Below, one piece after another: positions 39,154 through 53,197 of a stretch of DNA of 64,000 nucleotides (position 1 is the stretch's first letter; every line of letters starts with the position of its first letter). Both the position numbers and the translations under genes were made by a program. The DNA is from Eledone cirrhosa (taxonomy: Eukaryota). The stretch is taken from contig OZ024745.1 of assembly GCA_964016885.1 (NCBI GenBank), positions 52,948,001 through 53,012,000 on the forward strand, written 5' to 3'. Under the pieces are notes generated by a model. That model did not search any database and was not told where the DNA came from. It saw only the letters and a list, made by a program, of their open reading frames with translations.

Positions 39154-39881
39154 TTATAAAGGTTCTGAAGAAAACGGAAGAGAACAATTCTTGTTTGCAT
39201 AAAATATTTCTCAAGCATTACACCCTACAAATGTTTAGCCCCTGCACCACCTCAATCCCACTGAGCGCGTTTATAATCACGTAGGGTGTACAAAAAACGT
39301 TAGATATCATTAATTAGAAATAACCCATACATATATGGTCATTAAAGGAACCCAACCAATTATCTATAAGATACACTTTGATATTCCAATATCAGCCCTC
39401 CTTTCGAACAGGGCCCTTCAAATTTGATTAAGATACCCGTTTTGGTTGAGCGAGAAATTCATTCTGTTTTTGAATAAATTTGCTTTGAACCAGAAATCTG
39501 TATCATCAATGATTTTTTACACGCATCAAGATGTATGCTTTTCAAGCCGTTACGGCCTAATGGATGATATATTCTGAATATTGTTTGAACTGACCCAGCG
39601 AAACGGAACATACTGGATCTAATAACCTTTAGAAATGCGAACCTTTTGACCGCTTATTGCGTTTATCACTATTTTTGCGGTAGTATATCGACTTCCTTTC
39701 AATGCATGAATGCGATAGAATGTTGGTATTGTTTCTGTAGTTTGTATGACGAATTAAAGTTTTTCCCTCCCTATTCTACTATTGTTTTTTTTTTGTTTTT
39801 TTTTTGGCATCACTTATTTTCAATTTTTCCTGTTAATCAATGTTAAATCATTTTTAATAAGTTTACCGTTCACGTATAATT

Positions 39882-40014
39882 TAAACCACTCTGACCATAT
39901 AAATGGCTAACTGCATGCCGACTAGTACACATTAGGGAGTGGTTATTTGTGTGGTGTGAGGCTGTGGAAGTGTGTACTAGTCGGCATGCAGTTAACCATT
40001 TATATGGTCAGAGT

Positions 40015-40020
<6 letters not shown>
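39882..40020. repeat. 50-bp inverted repeat with 39-bp spacer, abutting (TA)n
   Basis: 39882-39931 is the reverse complement of 39971-40020 with one mismatch. Confidence 0.9.
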
Positions 40021-40108
<88 letters not shown>

Positions 40109-40302
40109 GAGAAAATATTGTCAATTCATTCTAAAACGTTTCATTAACATACTATGAATAACATTTACACTAAGATGTAATACTTATACCACTATATGGA
40201 CAAGCCACGCCCCTCAAGTAACGATCAGTTGACTGTCAGCCTGTTGTTTAGCAATTTAGAACCGGCTGTTGAAACGGCAACATCTCAACCGTCGGGCCCC
40301 GA

Positions 40303-40336
<34 letters not shown>

Positions 40337-40338
<2 letters not shown>

Positions 40339-40462
40339 TATTTCGGGTTCAATCGGGGGTAACCACAGTAAGTAAGGTACTCAATACTCAATACATAACA
40401 GAGTATAAATGTTTTAATATAGAATAGCTTATACAGGACTAGAACTGTTTCATTCGTGAGAA
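40337..40462 (-). mobile_element. HHR family C fragment
   Basis: Aligns to 1774-1890; truncated within stem II. Confidence 0.8.
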
Positions 40463-40472
40463 TATATATATT

Positions 40473-40758
40473 GAAAAGATAACAAGGACGATTGGTTACT
40501 CCTTCATTACATTTATTGGTAGGTGACGCGCGTTTCGCCACTGATCCGCTCAAGGTTCGGTCTCTATCGATCTTACCCGACTCAATAATGCACAGCTCGA
40601 CAGACCCCTTAAAATGCTCGTAGGGGTCCGTCGAGCTGCGGATTATTAAGTCGGGTAAGATCGATACAGATCGAACCTTGAGCTGATCAGTGGCGAAACG
40701 CGCGTCACCTACCAATAAATGTAATGAAGGAGTAACCAATCGTCCTTGTTATCTTTTC
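40473..40758. mobile_element. Family F ~286-bp foldback with a 3' half-HHR (GAAAC-GCGC-GTC) in each arm
   Basis: The outer ~70 bp is a perfect inverted repeat and the inner ~65 bp is imperfect; AATAAA follows the GTC. Confidence 0.85.
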
Positions 40759-40861
40759 TATATAATACACTCTGTATAGCTCTACACCTCGACACAGAAG
40801 TGAACCTTTAACATCGAGTGCTCGCCCGGGTGAACCTACAGTAACTCCTATATATACTCCC

Positions 40862-40898
<37 letters not shown>

Positions 40899-40901
40899 AT
40901 A

Positions 40902-41050
40902 GAATGAGAGTAAGAAGAAAGCAAGAACGGGGCAAGTTTTCCTCGTCCCCCGGTTGTCTCCTGGGGGTCTCGCGTTGAAATATCCGAGACCCCAGGACAC
41001 AACTGACGACGAAAACTCCCCTCGTTCTTCTTTTCTTCTTACTCTCATTC
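40902..41050. repeat. ~150-bp imperfect hairpin
   Basis: GAATGAGAGTAAGAAGAAA...CCTGGGGGTCTCG pairs with CGAGACCCCAGG...TTTCTTCTTACTCTCATTC. Confidence 0.85.
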
Positions 41051-41096
41051 CATTTTTAAGCCTAACTTACTAGCAACAACACAGCCACCATATTCT

Positions 41097-41331
<235 letters not shown>

Positions 41332-41353
41332 TATATATATATATATATATATA

Positions 41354-41672
41354 TGCAAAAGTTCTATTTAAAGTTGTTGGGATACAACAAGTAAATATTT
41401 TGATAACTGATATAAAGCACTCGACAAGTTTTTGGAGTAGATATACGATATTAATAAATGGAAACTATATTTATAAAACCGTATTTATTTCATTATACAT
41501 ATTTCAGGGATACCATATTAAATTATGGTATGCCTTCATCAGACAAAATGTAAAACTGTTATATATTGTATTTTGTCTGATGAAGGCATACCATAATTTA
41601 ATATGGTATCCCTGAAATATGTATAATGAAATAAATATGGTTTTATAAATATAGTTTCCATTTATTAATATC

Positions 41673-41675
<3 letters not shown>
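41354..41675. mobile_element. HHR family B palindrome with an HHR core in both arms (41482-41549 minus, 41564-41637 plus)
   Basis: CTGATGA-AGGCATACCATA..TATGGTATCCCT-GAAA-T-ATGT-A-TA^ATGAAATAAATA; tail on the left. Confidence 0.9.
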
Positions 41676-41752
<77 letters not shown>

Positions 41753-42187
41753 GACACTTACGAAGCTCATTCGGACACACCCGTGTACATTGGCATACGC
41801 ACAGACTCATGCACATACAATTACCTGCACATACATACACACAATAAACACAAAATAATTCACACAAGTGTATAAACACATACAAAAACATGCAACATTC
41901 ACGCTCACACAAATAATACAGAAAAAGTGACCGACAAAGGCGTAGAGACAAATACACACAAAGTTAACACGTACACTCGATAGCTATACTAATAAAATGT
42001 TACCATTCAATGGACAATGAGCGCAATTCTTAATACATATCTTAATCACTCCAAGTGTTGATTATATGAAAATTACCACGTCCTATTCAGAATAATACTA
42101 ACAACGAATGGGTATATATACCTATCAATTACATGTTTCTTTGTGGATGATTGGATGATATACAAGCTTAGGTCTGAAGAAAGATAA

Positions 42188-42376
42188 ATAATTGTTTCTA
42201 CTTTTGGCACAGGGCCAGCAATTACCCAGTACATTACTGGTACTTTATTTTATCGTCCCCATAAGGATGAAAGGCAAAGTTAACCTCGACGGGATTTGAA
42301 CTCAGACCATAAAGGGACGTAACTATGCTAGAAAGCATGACGTCCAACCCTCTACCGATTCTGCCAATTCACCGCC
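42188..42376 (-). mobile_element. tRNA-derived SINE
   Basis: Same family; TSD GAAGAAAGAT. Confidence 0.9.
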
Positions 42377-42692
42377 CGAAGAAAGATTAATAATGTTGAT
42401 CATTGTTTTCAGTTAAGAAGGAAACTCGTATCTTCTGGCAAGTGTACATGCCTACATATTAGATATGCGTATATAATTATAGACGTTTGGGCAGTCTCAG
42501 TTACCCACTCGGTATGTATATAGTTATAACTTCATATAAAAATTTACCATGAGGTCGTTTCCCTCAGAAAAATAAAATTATTCTGTGCACTCTGTGATAT
42601 AGTTTTCTGCGTTCCCACGTTCAAATATTAAGTCTCCTTGAGTGAGTTGTGGGTCGGTCGAAGGCATACAGATAACTATTCAGACAGGTTCG

Positions 42693-42797
<105 letters not shown>

Positions 42798-42844
42798 ATT
42801 TAAAACTGCACTATCCACAAGTGTTTTTTTAGCCTTCATATCAT

Positions 42845-42930
42845 GTTCTCCTGTTTTATCTGATGAAAACTCAAATATTATTGCATGATGATGTTTGTTT
42901 TTGAAATGCGCATAATAAAATACATGGAAC
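42845..42930 (+). ncRNA. Complete minimal hammerhead (GCGC loop III) in a 160-bp island between (TA)n tracts
   Basis: TGTTTTAT-CTGATGA-AAACTCAAATATTATT..GATGATGTTTGTTTTT-GAAA-T-GCGC-A-TA^ATAAAATA. Confidence 0.85.
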
Positions 42931-42950
42931 TCCTTTAACCATCTTTTGAT

Positions 42951-43040
<90 letters not shown>

Positions 43041-43098
43041 TACAGGCACATACTATGAAGATTACCGAGATATATCTGAAGGTATGGGTATGCACAGA

Positions 43099-43162
<64 letters not shown>

Positions 43163-44148
43163 TATGTGTATATGTGTACGCATATATATGTGTGTGTATG
43201 TGTATGTGTCGTAACAGAGAAGGGAAGAGTGATGTTATATTTTAATTTGCCTTCAATTGTTTATTCAACATAATGTATTGAACACTCCCGTACATCTTAT
43301 AATACATCCAGTAAATACCTTAGAATACCGAGCTCTGTTTACCAAGAGGGCAATTTCCTTGTTTCCTTGTTCAAAATTCATATCATTTGACAATGCTTAA
43401 AGGGATATTTTAGATTAATACTAGGTAGTTATTCCTTAGCACACACGGCACTCACAATTAAACACAAGCTACCAACTCCACGCACTTACTGAGATAAACA
43501 TGCATTCATTTATCAACTCTGAAAAGCTCATTAAGAGAAACACACATATACTAAAGTGTGTAGCAAAATGACACTTCATACTTTATTAAAAACTCCAATA
43601 ACTGTTATTAACCTTTAAATAAATACTCCCTGTTCAATACCGAATCCACACATTCCAAATATAGAAACCACACAGTAATATCACTACATGCATTTAAATA
43701 AAATCTGTGCAATCACCCAAACTAACATTAAGGCTGGGTGTATATATAATTGATAAATATAACCGTAGATAATCTTATTAAAATTGCTGCCACATTTTCA
43801 TTTTTACAGGTGAAATAATGTATTCCCTCAATATATGATATATGCCAACAGTATTACTACACGCAAGCACATATACGTGTTATGTATATGTATAAGTATA
43901 TGCATATATAAACGTATATGAGTGTGTGTGTGTGTGTTTGCGTATATATATATATGTATATATGGTAGATACTGGTATATATATATATACCAGTATCTAC
44001 CTGTTTATAGTAAGGCCAAAATGTTTTTCACCCTAGACACATTCTATCTAGCTTTAATAGCGCTATGAAGTGTTTCATAGATAGTTATGACACTTTCTTC
44101 ATTGACTTGGAGTATTGTCACATACCGTCCACACGTGTGTGTGTTTGC

Positions 44149-44227
<79 letters not shown>

Positions 44228-44883
44228 GTCCACACAAGAGTGGAACACGTAACTTTCTTATGGGATCAGTAACACGAAATCCAACCACACATTCTCACTG
44301 CTATAATTTATTATGCTTCAGTCAACCCGTCTTCTGACAGCGCTGTTTCTGAGGAAGTTTTAATATTTAATACAGTATTGAAGTCTTCTAATATTCCAAC
44401 CACAGATGTTGTGTTGAACTCCCTTTCTTGCAATTTGTTTAGCATGTCATTCACCTGTTTCTATTCCTGCTGATATAAAAAGCCATTAACCGCAGAGAAC
44501 TAAAGTGTGTGGATGTGACATGTATAGTTCAGTTCTCTTATCTGACCACCTTACCGAGAAACTGGTTGAGCTTTGGTCTCCCTGAAAGTAGCAAGCGACA
44601 AATGGTATCTACTAATAGAAATTCTTACCAGGCAATATTGAAATCAAAATTGTTCTAACTCACAAAATTTTCTTTACCCATTGTTTACAACCAACCTCCT
44701 CTTTATCCATTAAGTGAATAATTCAACGAACGTTGAAACCTCTAACCCATCATCTGATGTTAGAAACAATATCAGAAGGGAACTGGCGTACAAATATGAA
44801 TGTATGCTAATCACCCGCACTAAGATATGTCTATGCATGTAAAGAAAAATAACTTTAAAATGGAATAAGTTCGCAAAGTGATA

Positions 44884-45560
44884 TTCAGGGTATGTTAGAA
44901 GAGAAAAAGGTCTGAGGTCTCAAAAAGATATTTCAAATCCAAACCAGACACTACAAGTTTTCCCCATTCGAAATAATCCCCCTCGTGTCTAACGCATTTC
45001 TCCATTCTTCTCCGCCACGCCTCCATTCACTTCTGGAAGAATTCTCAAGGGATTCCCTTCAACTTCATCATCACGACACACTTAATGGCTTCCACTTCCG
45101 GAAAACGGGTCACCTTGATGACCCTCTTGAGCTTGGGTTAAAGAAACATTTCTGGTTCGGTTTCAGGACGCTCGACGATGTCCTGATACATCCGTATGTG
45201 CCGTTCCTTCTGGTTATCATTCGGCAGCGTCGACACCATCTTCCCACGGATCATCCACATGCACAAATCATGGGTGATAGTCTTCTAAACGCTGTAGTGG
45301 TCCATGGCCATGTCACTTGCAATCAGTTAAATAGTCAGTCAGGGATCACCACGCTCCACCTGCCACACACATTCAATGTTGGTCACAACCCTTCTCGCTG
45401 AAGGCATTCTGCTCTTGGGGGGTCATCAACCGCGTCCTCATGTCCCTCTTTTAACTTTTTGTGCCACTCAAAAACCCGTAAGTGTGACATCATATTTGAA
45501 CACTTGGTGTAGTATTCCGAGTGCTTCTGACAGTGTTTACCCCAGCCGGACCATAAACTT
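44884..45560 (-). mobile_element. Internally deleted mariner remnant
   Basis: Minus strand gives RVFEWHKKLKEGHEDAVDDP (HTH region) and C-terminal PKLKR...MEAWRRRMEKCVRHEGDYFE. Most of the catalytic domain is missing. Possible TIR at 44884-44910. Confidence 0.85.
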
Positions 45561-46096
45561 CATATATATCTATATGTCATCTGCCTGTGACCCGCCATAT
45601 GGGTTGTCTCTCTGTTGACCACTGGCCGCTGGCTTCTGTACTCTGAGGTATTTTTGCCCATCGCTGTTTACCTGTTTTAATCGGTGTTTACCTGTTTAAA
45701 TGGCATTTACCTGTTTTAATGGCTGTTCTAACGATGAGTTTTCTCATCTTTATATATATTGAAATACACTCTCGCTTCGTCTCGTTCAGGGACTATATTG
45801 TTTTGCATATATATATATAAATGGAATAGAATGAAACGAAATTTCATTTCTCACTCTTAGTACGGCAGTTAGTTAAATATAAGTATGTAAGTATGTATAC
45901 ATACATACATATATGTATACATACGTACAGTAATATGTATATACATACATGCACACATATACATATGCACGTATCGGTTTACCGAACATCTATTATAATG
46001 CTCGGTTTGTTTGTTTGTATACAAACAAACAGCCCGTATTACGCCGTACAGTGTTTAGATAACCACGTTACCTTTTTGTTCAACACTGACACAGGA

Positions 46097-46139
46097 ACGA
46101 TGTACTAGTTTCAAGCTTATTAGCTATCGTCAGCATCGT
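46097..46139 (-). ncRNA. Minimal hammerhead (family J)
   Basis: ACGATG-CTGACGA-TAGCT-AATA-AGCTT-GAAA-C-TA-G-TA^CATCGT. Confidence 0.85.
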
Positions 46140-46540
46140 ATAGCTTCCTGCCAGATGGTTGAACGTATGAAAGTATATACTTTCCTTTTGCATATTAACG
46201 GCTGAGCATCTAATTTGCATATCGAGTGAGTATAGTCGGCTGGGCGCACCGAAAACGATAAATGGAAAAAATGAAACGAAATTTCATTTCTCACTCTTAG
46301 TACGGCAGTTACTTAAATGTAAGTATGTACGTATGTATACGTACATACATATATGTATACAGACGTACAGTAATATGTATATATATACATACATGCACAC
46401 ATATATATATGAACGTATCGGTTTACGGAACATCTATTATAATGCTCGGTTTGTTTGCTTGTAAACAAACAAACAGCCCGAATTACGCCCTACAGTGTTT
46501 AGGCAACCACGTCACCTTTTTGTTCAACACTGACACAGGA

Positions 46541-46583
46541 ACGATGTACTAGTTTCAAGCTTATTAGCTATCGTCAGCATCGT
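46541..46583 (-). ncRNA. Minimal hammerhead (family J), second unit
   Basis: Identical to 46097-46139, 444 bp away. Confidence 0.85.
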
Positions 46584-47182
46584 ATACCTTCCTGCCAGAT
46601 GGTTGAACGTCTGAAAGTATATACTTTCCTTATGCATACTACTGTACGGCGTAATTCGGGCTGTTTGTTTGTTTGTTTACAAACAAACAAACCGAGCAAT
46701 ATAATAGATGTTCGGTAAACCGATACGTGCATATATATATATCTGTGCATGTATGTATATATATACATACTACTGTACATCTGTATACATATATGTATGT
46801 ACGTATATATATATAAACCTAATTGTAATAATCAAATATTTAGAATTCATATCCTGAACTTTCTTGATATATACCTATTTATATATAGTCACATACGTCT
46901 TTATGAAACAGGATTGAACTCCGTGTACTTTCAGAGGACTAAGGTAGGTAAATGTCGGCATTTAAAACCGGTATGTCTAGTTTAAGACGGACAAATAGAA
47001 AATACATTTCTGTTTCTCTGTCACTTTCTCTCTCTCTTTCTTTCTACCTCTCTCTCTCCCTCTGTCTCTCTCTACCTATCTATCTCTATATCCCACTCTC
47101 CGAACCATTCCTTTCTCTCTCTCTTTCTTTCTACCTCTGTCTCTCTCCACATATATATCTCTATTTCCCACTCTCCGAACCC

Positions 47183-47268
<86 letters not shown>

Positions 47269-47308
47269 TCGCTCTCTCTCTCTCAATATATATATATATA
47301 TATATATA

Positions 47309-47411
47309 TACATGGTCGTCGAAAATATGTATACATGCTTCAACAGCATTCTAATAATTATTGCCTGTACAGTGATCAAAGTGTGTTTACATTTTTGGGG
47401 GACACCCTGTA
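47309..47411. mobile_element. Possible tiny Tc1/mariner-type MITE
   Basis: The right end reverse-complements to TACAGGGTGTCCCCAAAAATGTAAACAC. The left end TACATGGTCGTCGAAAATATGTATACAT is an imperfect match. TA flanks. Confidence 0.5.
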
Positions 47412-47434
47412 TAGATTTATATATAAATATATAA

Positions 47435-47600
47435 ACATATATTATATATATTTATATATAAATATATATACATATATTATATATATTTATATATAAATAT
47501 ATATACATATATTATATATATTTATATATAAATATATATACATATATTATATATATTTATATATAAATATATATACATATATTATATATATTTATGTATA
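47435..47600. repeat. AT-rich minisatellite, ~33-bp unit
   Basis: ACATATTATATATATTTATATATAAATATATAT repeated about 5 times. Confidence 0.85.
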
Positions 47601-48376
47601 TATATATATATTAAAACATACAACCATGTTATTGTAGTAACACTTAATCTTCAACTTGCTACTAATCACGTATGGTGTTATCTCCCTCTCTTGCCTTCTC
47701 TTTCAAACTCGAAATTAGGTGGATATTCAATGTTAGTAATTTACCAGAGCGATCATAGTATTGATTATTTAGTGCACTGAATGAACGAATTTTTGCGAAA
47801 TGAATTTATATTGTTTATGTAGTGCTAGAGATTTTTGATGGTGAAGTTTGATTGAATATGTGTGCGTGTTTGGGGTGTGTAAATGCGTTGCTTCATTGGT
47901 GCTGTGATATATTCTGTTTTGTTTATTTTTTTCTTTGTAAAAGTTTATAATGAAAAATGAAGTAAAAAAAATATAAATGAACATACATACAGTGACTTTT
48001 CGCGAATGTGCTTGGCAGGAGTTCTGTATTGATCTTCGAAATTTATAAGCAACCTGATCTACATCATGCGCCCATTATTATTGTAGATGAGAATACAAAA
48101 ACAAATGAAACAAACATTGGAGAATAGAGCACCTCTTAGAAGATTCTTCGAAAGTAAAGGTAACTTCAAATAACGTCTTCGATCGAAAAGAAGAATACGA
48201 ACCTGGATATTAGAAAGAGCTATGCATTTATGCAGTCAAAGGTGTCTTATGGTGATACTCACATGGTTTCCTTACATTTCACATGTCATATCTAGTTAAA
48301 TGTATTATTAATTTTCTTCTCACAATTTTAGTTCTGAATACAATTCTAATAGATATTTCAATAATAATAACAATAG

Positions 48377-48497
48377 TAATAATTGTTTCTACTTTTTGCA
48401 CAAGGCCAGCAATTACTCAGTGTATTACTGGTACTTTATTTTATCGACCCCGTAAGGATGAAAGGCAAAGTTAACCTCGGCGGATTTGAACTCAGAA
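48377..48497 (-). mobile_element. 5'-truncated SINE
   Basis: Same family; ends just beyond the B box. Confidence 0.85.
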
Positions 48498-49701
48498 TGA
48501 CACATAGAACGGGTTACCAATGTGGAAAAAAAAGACGATTCGTAAAACCTTCTTTCTTTATGGGTGAACTGAAACTGTTTGTGAAGGAAAACCAGATAGA
48601 TTATTTGTTATAACAGGCCAGATATGTAGCAGTGACATTGGTATGGGATCTGGGATTTTCAAATGCACTATATTAAAAATGGAAGAATTACAGCTGCTAT
48701 CAATATACATATTATAGAGTGGAATATAATTAGCAATATAAAGACTTCCAATATTTGCCTTAACACATGAAGATTAATCTTAAGAGATTTCTTCACGCAG
48801 CCATGCATAACCTAACAATATCCAAGTCAGCTACTATATACATGCATATAACTTCGCCACGATGACTAATGGTTTACACACCACATAATGACCAGAATAA
48901 GTCTTCCAATACGTCCGCACACAAAGCTCACGCTGACATTATAGGCCCTAAATTAATAGTAGTCATATATCAAAATAATCAACACTAAATGACAAACTTT
49001 ATTTTACTCATATACATACATACATATATACATGCATTCAGATTTCTACTATATATGTAACAAATCACCATCATGTACCTCTCGTTAAATCATGGAAATA
49101 TATTTGTTAAACGCGGTGTGCAATAATAATTTATCTTCACAATTCTCATGATACACAATGCACATAAATTTCGCACAAGCCACATCTTGTGTAGATACAC
49201 ACATCCACTCACAAGTTCCAACATCCACAACAAAAGAACGTCGCATAACTATAAAATAACAGATAACCTCCGTTAATTGAAAATCTTCCACTGGCCATGT
49301 TCGAAATGGAAAAGTCTATATGAACACACTTGATGCAGCGATCTCAGTTTATTCAATTCCCGACAACTCTTTGTGGACACATAATGAACACTAAATTCGT
49401 TTCCTTTCCTATACATGTTTGAACATATTGTAATGTAGACAACTTGCTATGTGAATATGTTTCACTGTGGAGATCAAAGAATGTCGATACATGTCTGGCT
49501 TCTCGTGATCTTAAAACTCCTAAAATGTGTTTCAATATTGACATTGTGAGTAAAGACTCAGATGATTAGATATTTTATCCACACATGCCACATTCATCAT
49601 GCCAGACATTCTCTCTTTTGTTTCCTTCAAACTCCTAAAGGATCTATGAAGAATGAAAGTTAAGACGAAAGAAAAGTGTTTATTCTAAACATCAAAGACT
49701 T

Positions 49702-49838
<137 letters not shown>

Positions 49839-49890
49839 ATATATATATATATGTGTGTGTGTGTATATATATATACATATATATATATTC

Positions 49891-49923
<33 letters not shown>

Positions 49924-50464
49924 ACATTAATAACTTTGATAGATTTCGGTCAGTGTTGGCTCAGACCATGTCTAACTTAATATATATATATACATGAGAG
50001 TGATGTTTGTATATTCCAGTTTTCCAACAAAACATGTACATATTACTACGTTCATGTTTTATATTTATTCAGAATTATTTTTACTGTAAATCGAGTTTCA
50101 TGCTAAAGTGATCTATGCTTAATGCTTTCACTGATCGGTTTATAATGTTACATTTTGGCGTTATTTTATTCGTTGTTTATTGTTATAGTTAAATCATTTG
50201 TAAATTTACTGTTTGTGTGAGATTTACATTGGTCAATTTCGGTGTTGCTCAAACATTTGTGGTTCTGCAGGTTTGAACTTTTGTGTTCAACTAGACGTCG
50301 TACAATGCCCTCTTTATTTTAATCATCAAAGGTGTTTAGCTCGAAATTTATATACATACTATCTGTCAAAAATTGTTTGTCGGTCTGTTTTTCCTTTTTT
50401 GTTAGATACAGTTCGGCGTTTCCGTATTCGGTATCTTTAAATGTTATTCGTAAACATTATATTG

Positions 50465-50653
50465 CGGTGGATTGGCAGTATTGGTAGAGGGTCGGACGTC
50501 ATGCTTTGCAGCATAGAATTAAGGCCCTTTCCATTCTGAGTTCAAATCCCGCCGAGGTCAACTTTGCCTTTCATCCTAGCGGGGGTCGATAAAATAAAGT
50601 ACAAGTAATGTACTGGGTAATTGGTGGCCTTGTGCCAAAAGTAGAAACAATTA
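50465..50653 (+). mobile_element. tRNA-derived SINE
   Basis: Same family. Confidence 0.9.
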
Positions 50654-50659
50654 TATATA

Positions 50660-50738
<79 letters not shown>

Positions 50739-50797
50739 GTATATATACACACACACACACACACATATATATAAATACATATATATACACACACACG

Positions 50798-50840
<43 letters not shown>

Positions 50841-50842
<2 letters not shown>

Positions 50843-51420
50843 TGGCTGCCAACTCGTTTTCGAGTCGAGTACGGCCACTACTTTATATGTACGAGAACCC
50901 CTACCGATGCGCTGAACGAGTGTGACTTTTTAGTCCAGCCAGCGACTTGAAAACTCTGGTACAAACACTACACTTGTGACAATTATTGAGACGACAAGAG
51001 CAGGGAGATCTCCAAATATAAAGCAATGCCTGTGCCGTGATGCTTTTATAGTGAGCAAAGGCACTGCACAAAGCCAGTCCCACTCTCTTAACCAAGGTGA
51101 TATTTACCAAAAAGAAGACAAGTCAACATCATTGGATACCATCAGGGCTGCAGGTGTTATATCAGAGTTTTCCTTCTCCTAGAATTCTGCCTTGACAAAG
51201 GCTAAGGGGTCATCTCTCCGCGTGATTTTGGATGACCATTGACTTTTACGAGATCCTTTGCCCTTTGACAGGTTTTGTTTTTAATCCTGCAGGATGTCCA
51301 AAGTCACCCTCCTCACCAAGAAAGCTTTCTTGGGTTGCCAATTTAGTCACCAACGACCCGACCATGAGACAGGTTGTACTGGGATACATGTTACCAGTAG
51401 CACCAACTGGTGACCTGACA
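50841..51420 (-). mobile_element. Internally deleted RTE-type LINE derivative
   Basis: C-terminal C2H2-like CSVCTRVFKSLAGLKSHTRSAHR, then a short 3' UTR into an AT repeat. The remainder is non-coding, probably 5' UTR. Confidence 0.6.
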
Positions 51421-51521
51421 TAGTATATTTATCTGTATATATCTGTATATATCTATCTGTGTGTGTATATATATATACATATGTGTGTGTGTGCGTGTAT
51501 ATATATGTGTGTGTGTGTATA

Positions 51522-51612
<91 letters not shown>

Positions 51613-51623
51613 TACACATACAC

Positions 51624-51700
<77 letters not shown>

Positions 51701-51744
51701 TAGATATATACAGATATATATATATACAGATAAATATATATATA

Positions 51745-52001
51745 TAACCAAGGAGATGTGGTAAGGAGCCAGCTGGACCATAACACACCAAAGTACTCAA
51801 TACTTAGGGTAGTAGAGTTTTTCCTATATATATATATATATATATATAAAGAGGGAGTTGTGGTAAGGAACCAGATAGACCATAACGCACCAGATTACTC
51901 AATACTTAGAGTAGTAGAGTGGGTCATATGAAAATGTATGACCCCGACGGTAGAGCTCAAGACGTTTCGACGGCTATTCCGGGACTCCAAAAATACATTT
52001 T

Positions 52002-52005
<4 letters not shown>
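51745..52005. mobile_element. Two HHR family A derivatives (51745-51826, 51847-52005)
   Basis: Both start with the tail (..GTGGTAAGGA.CCAG.T.GACCATAAC.CACCA) and end TTTTCCTA-(TA)n. Confidence 0.85.
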
Positions 52006-52080
<75 letters not shown>

Positions 52081-52218
52081 TATACTATATATATATATAT
52101 ACCATATAGGGAACAGTTAGACTTATGTGCATATAAGAGAATGTTATTATTCAGAAATACAAATGACGTCTGAATAAACTCTAACGCGAAACATTTCCGA
52201 TGAACAACACACAAGAGC

Positions 52219-52339
<121 letters not shown>

Positions 52340-52679
52340 TCATACACACACATTAACGTAACAGAATGTTTTCATTCTGTTAATGGAACTATTATAACTA
52401 CTATTACCATTATTATTGTCATCACATAACATTCTCTATCCGAACAGAGAATGGGACAAAACTCTACCCCACCACACACTCCCACTCTCATTCACGTACA
52501 CCTCTTGTTCATGTTGATGATTTAATGATAATTTAGATTATTATTGTATTCTACTTTAATTCTATTTTACTCATCGTCATGAGACCCTTCATATTCCATA
52601 GTAGCAGCGAACAATATATCCTCAGACGTCGTAAGCCCCCTGGAATTACCATGGCTTTTCACCTAAAAAGTTTCCCTTC

Positions 52680-52925
52680 GAGATACATGCCTTGGAAAGA
52701 TGTGTATGCGGAAGTCCTGCGGTCACCCATGCATGACAGCCTCCCTTCTCCGTGCCACCGATGTTGTCCAAGGGAAAGGCAATGGCCGATACAGCTTAGC
52801 ACCAAAGACGTCGCAACTCATTTCTGGCGCTGAATGAAATAGAGAAACGTGAAATAAAGTGTTTTGCTCGGGAGCGCAACGCGGCATACAGTCCGGAATT
52901 TGAACTCTAACCTCTAAGCTATGCA
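52680..52925 (-). mobile_element. Second, older SINE family
   Basis: Minus strand has a B box GAGTTCAAATTCC followed by GTTGCGCTCCCGAGCAAAACACTTTATTTCAC, resembling GTTGTGTCCTTGAGCAAGACACTT-type SINE bodies. Confidence 0.6.
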
Positions 52926-53021
52926 CCTTCTTTACACAGACATAAATACGTAAATAATCTTTATTATACTTGAAAATTTCTGGGTTTGCCACAAATCATT
53001 CTGTAGACCTGACTACTTAAC

Positions 53022-53197
<176 letters not shown>

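Larger units (their letters stand above)
45818..46806 (-). mobile_element. HHR family J: ~442-bp unit tandem (~1.85 copies) plus inverted arm (46641-46806)
   Basis: Units start at 45821 and 46262; identical HHRs at 46097 and 46541; 46641-46806 is the reverse complement of ~46336-46496. Confidence 0.9.

Noticed and set aside
40205-40300. GAAACGG...CCGTC^GGGC with upstream GCCC-CTCAAGT
   Set aside because: The putative core differs from CTGANGA at G5 and A9; at best a dead relic.
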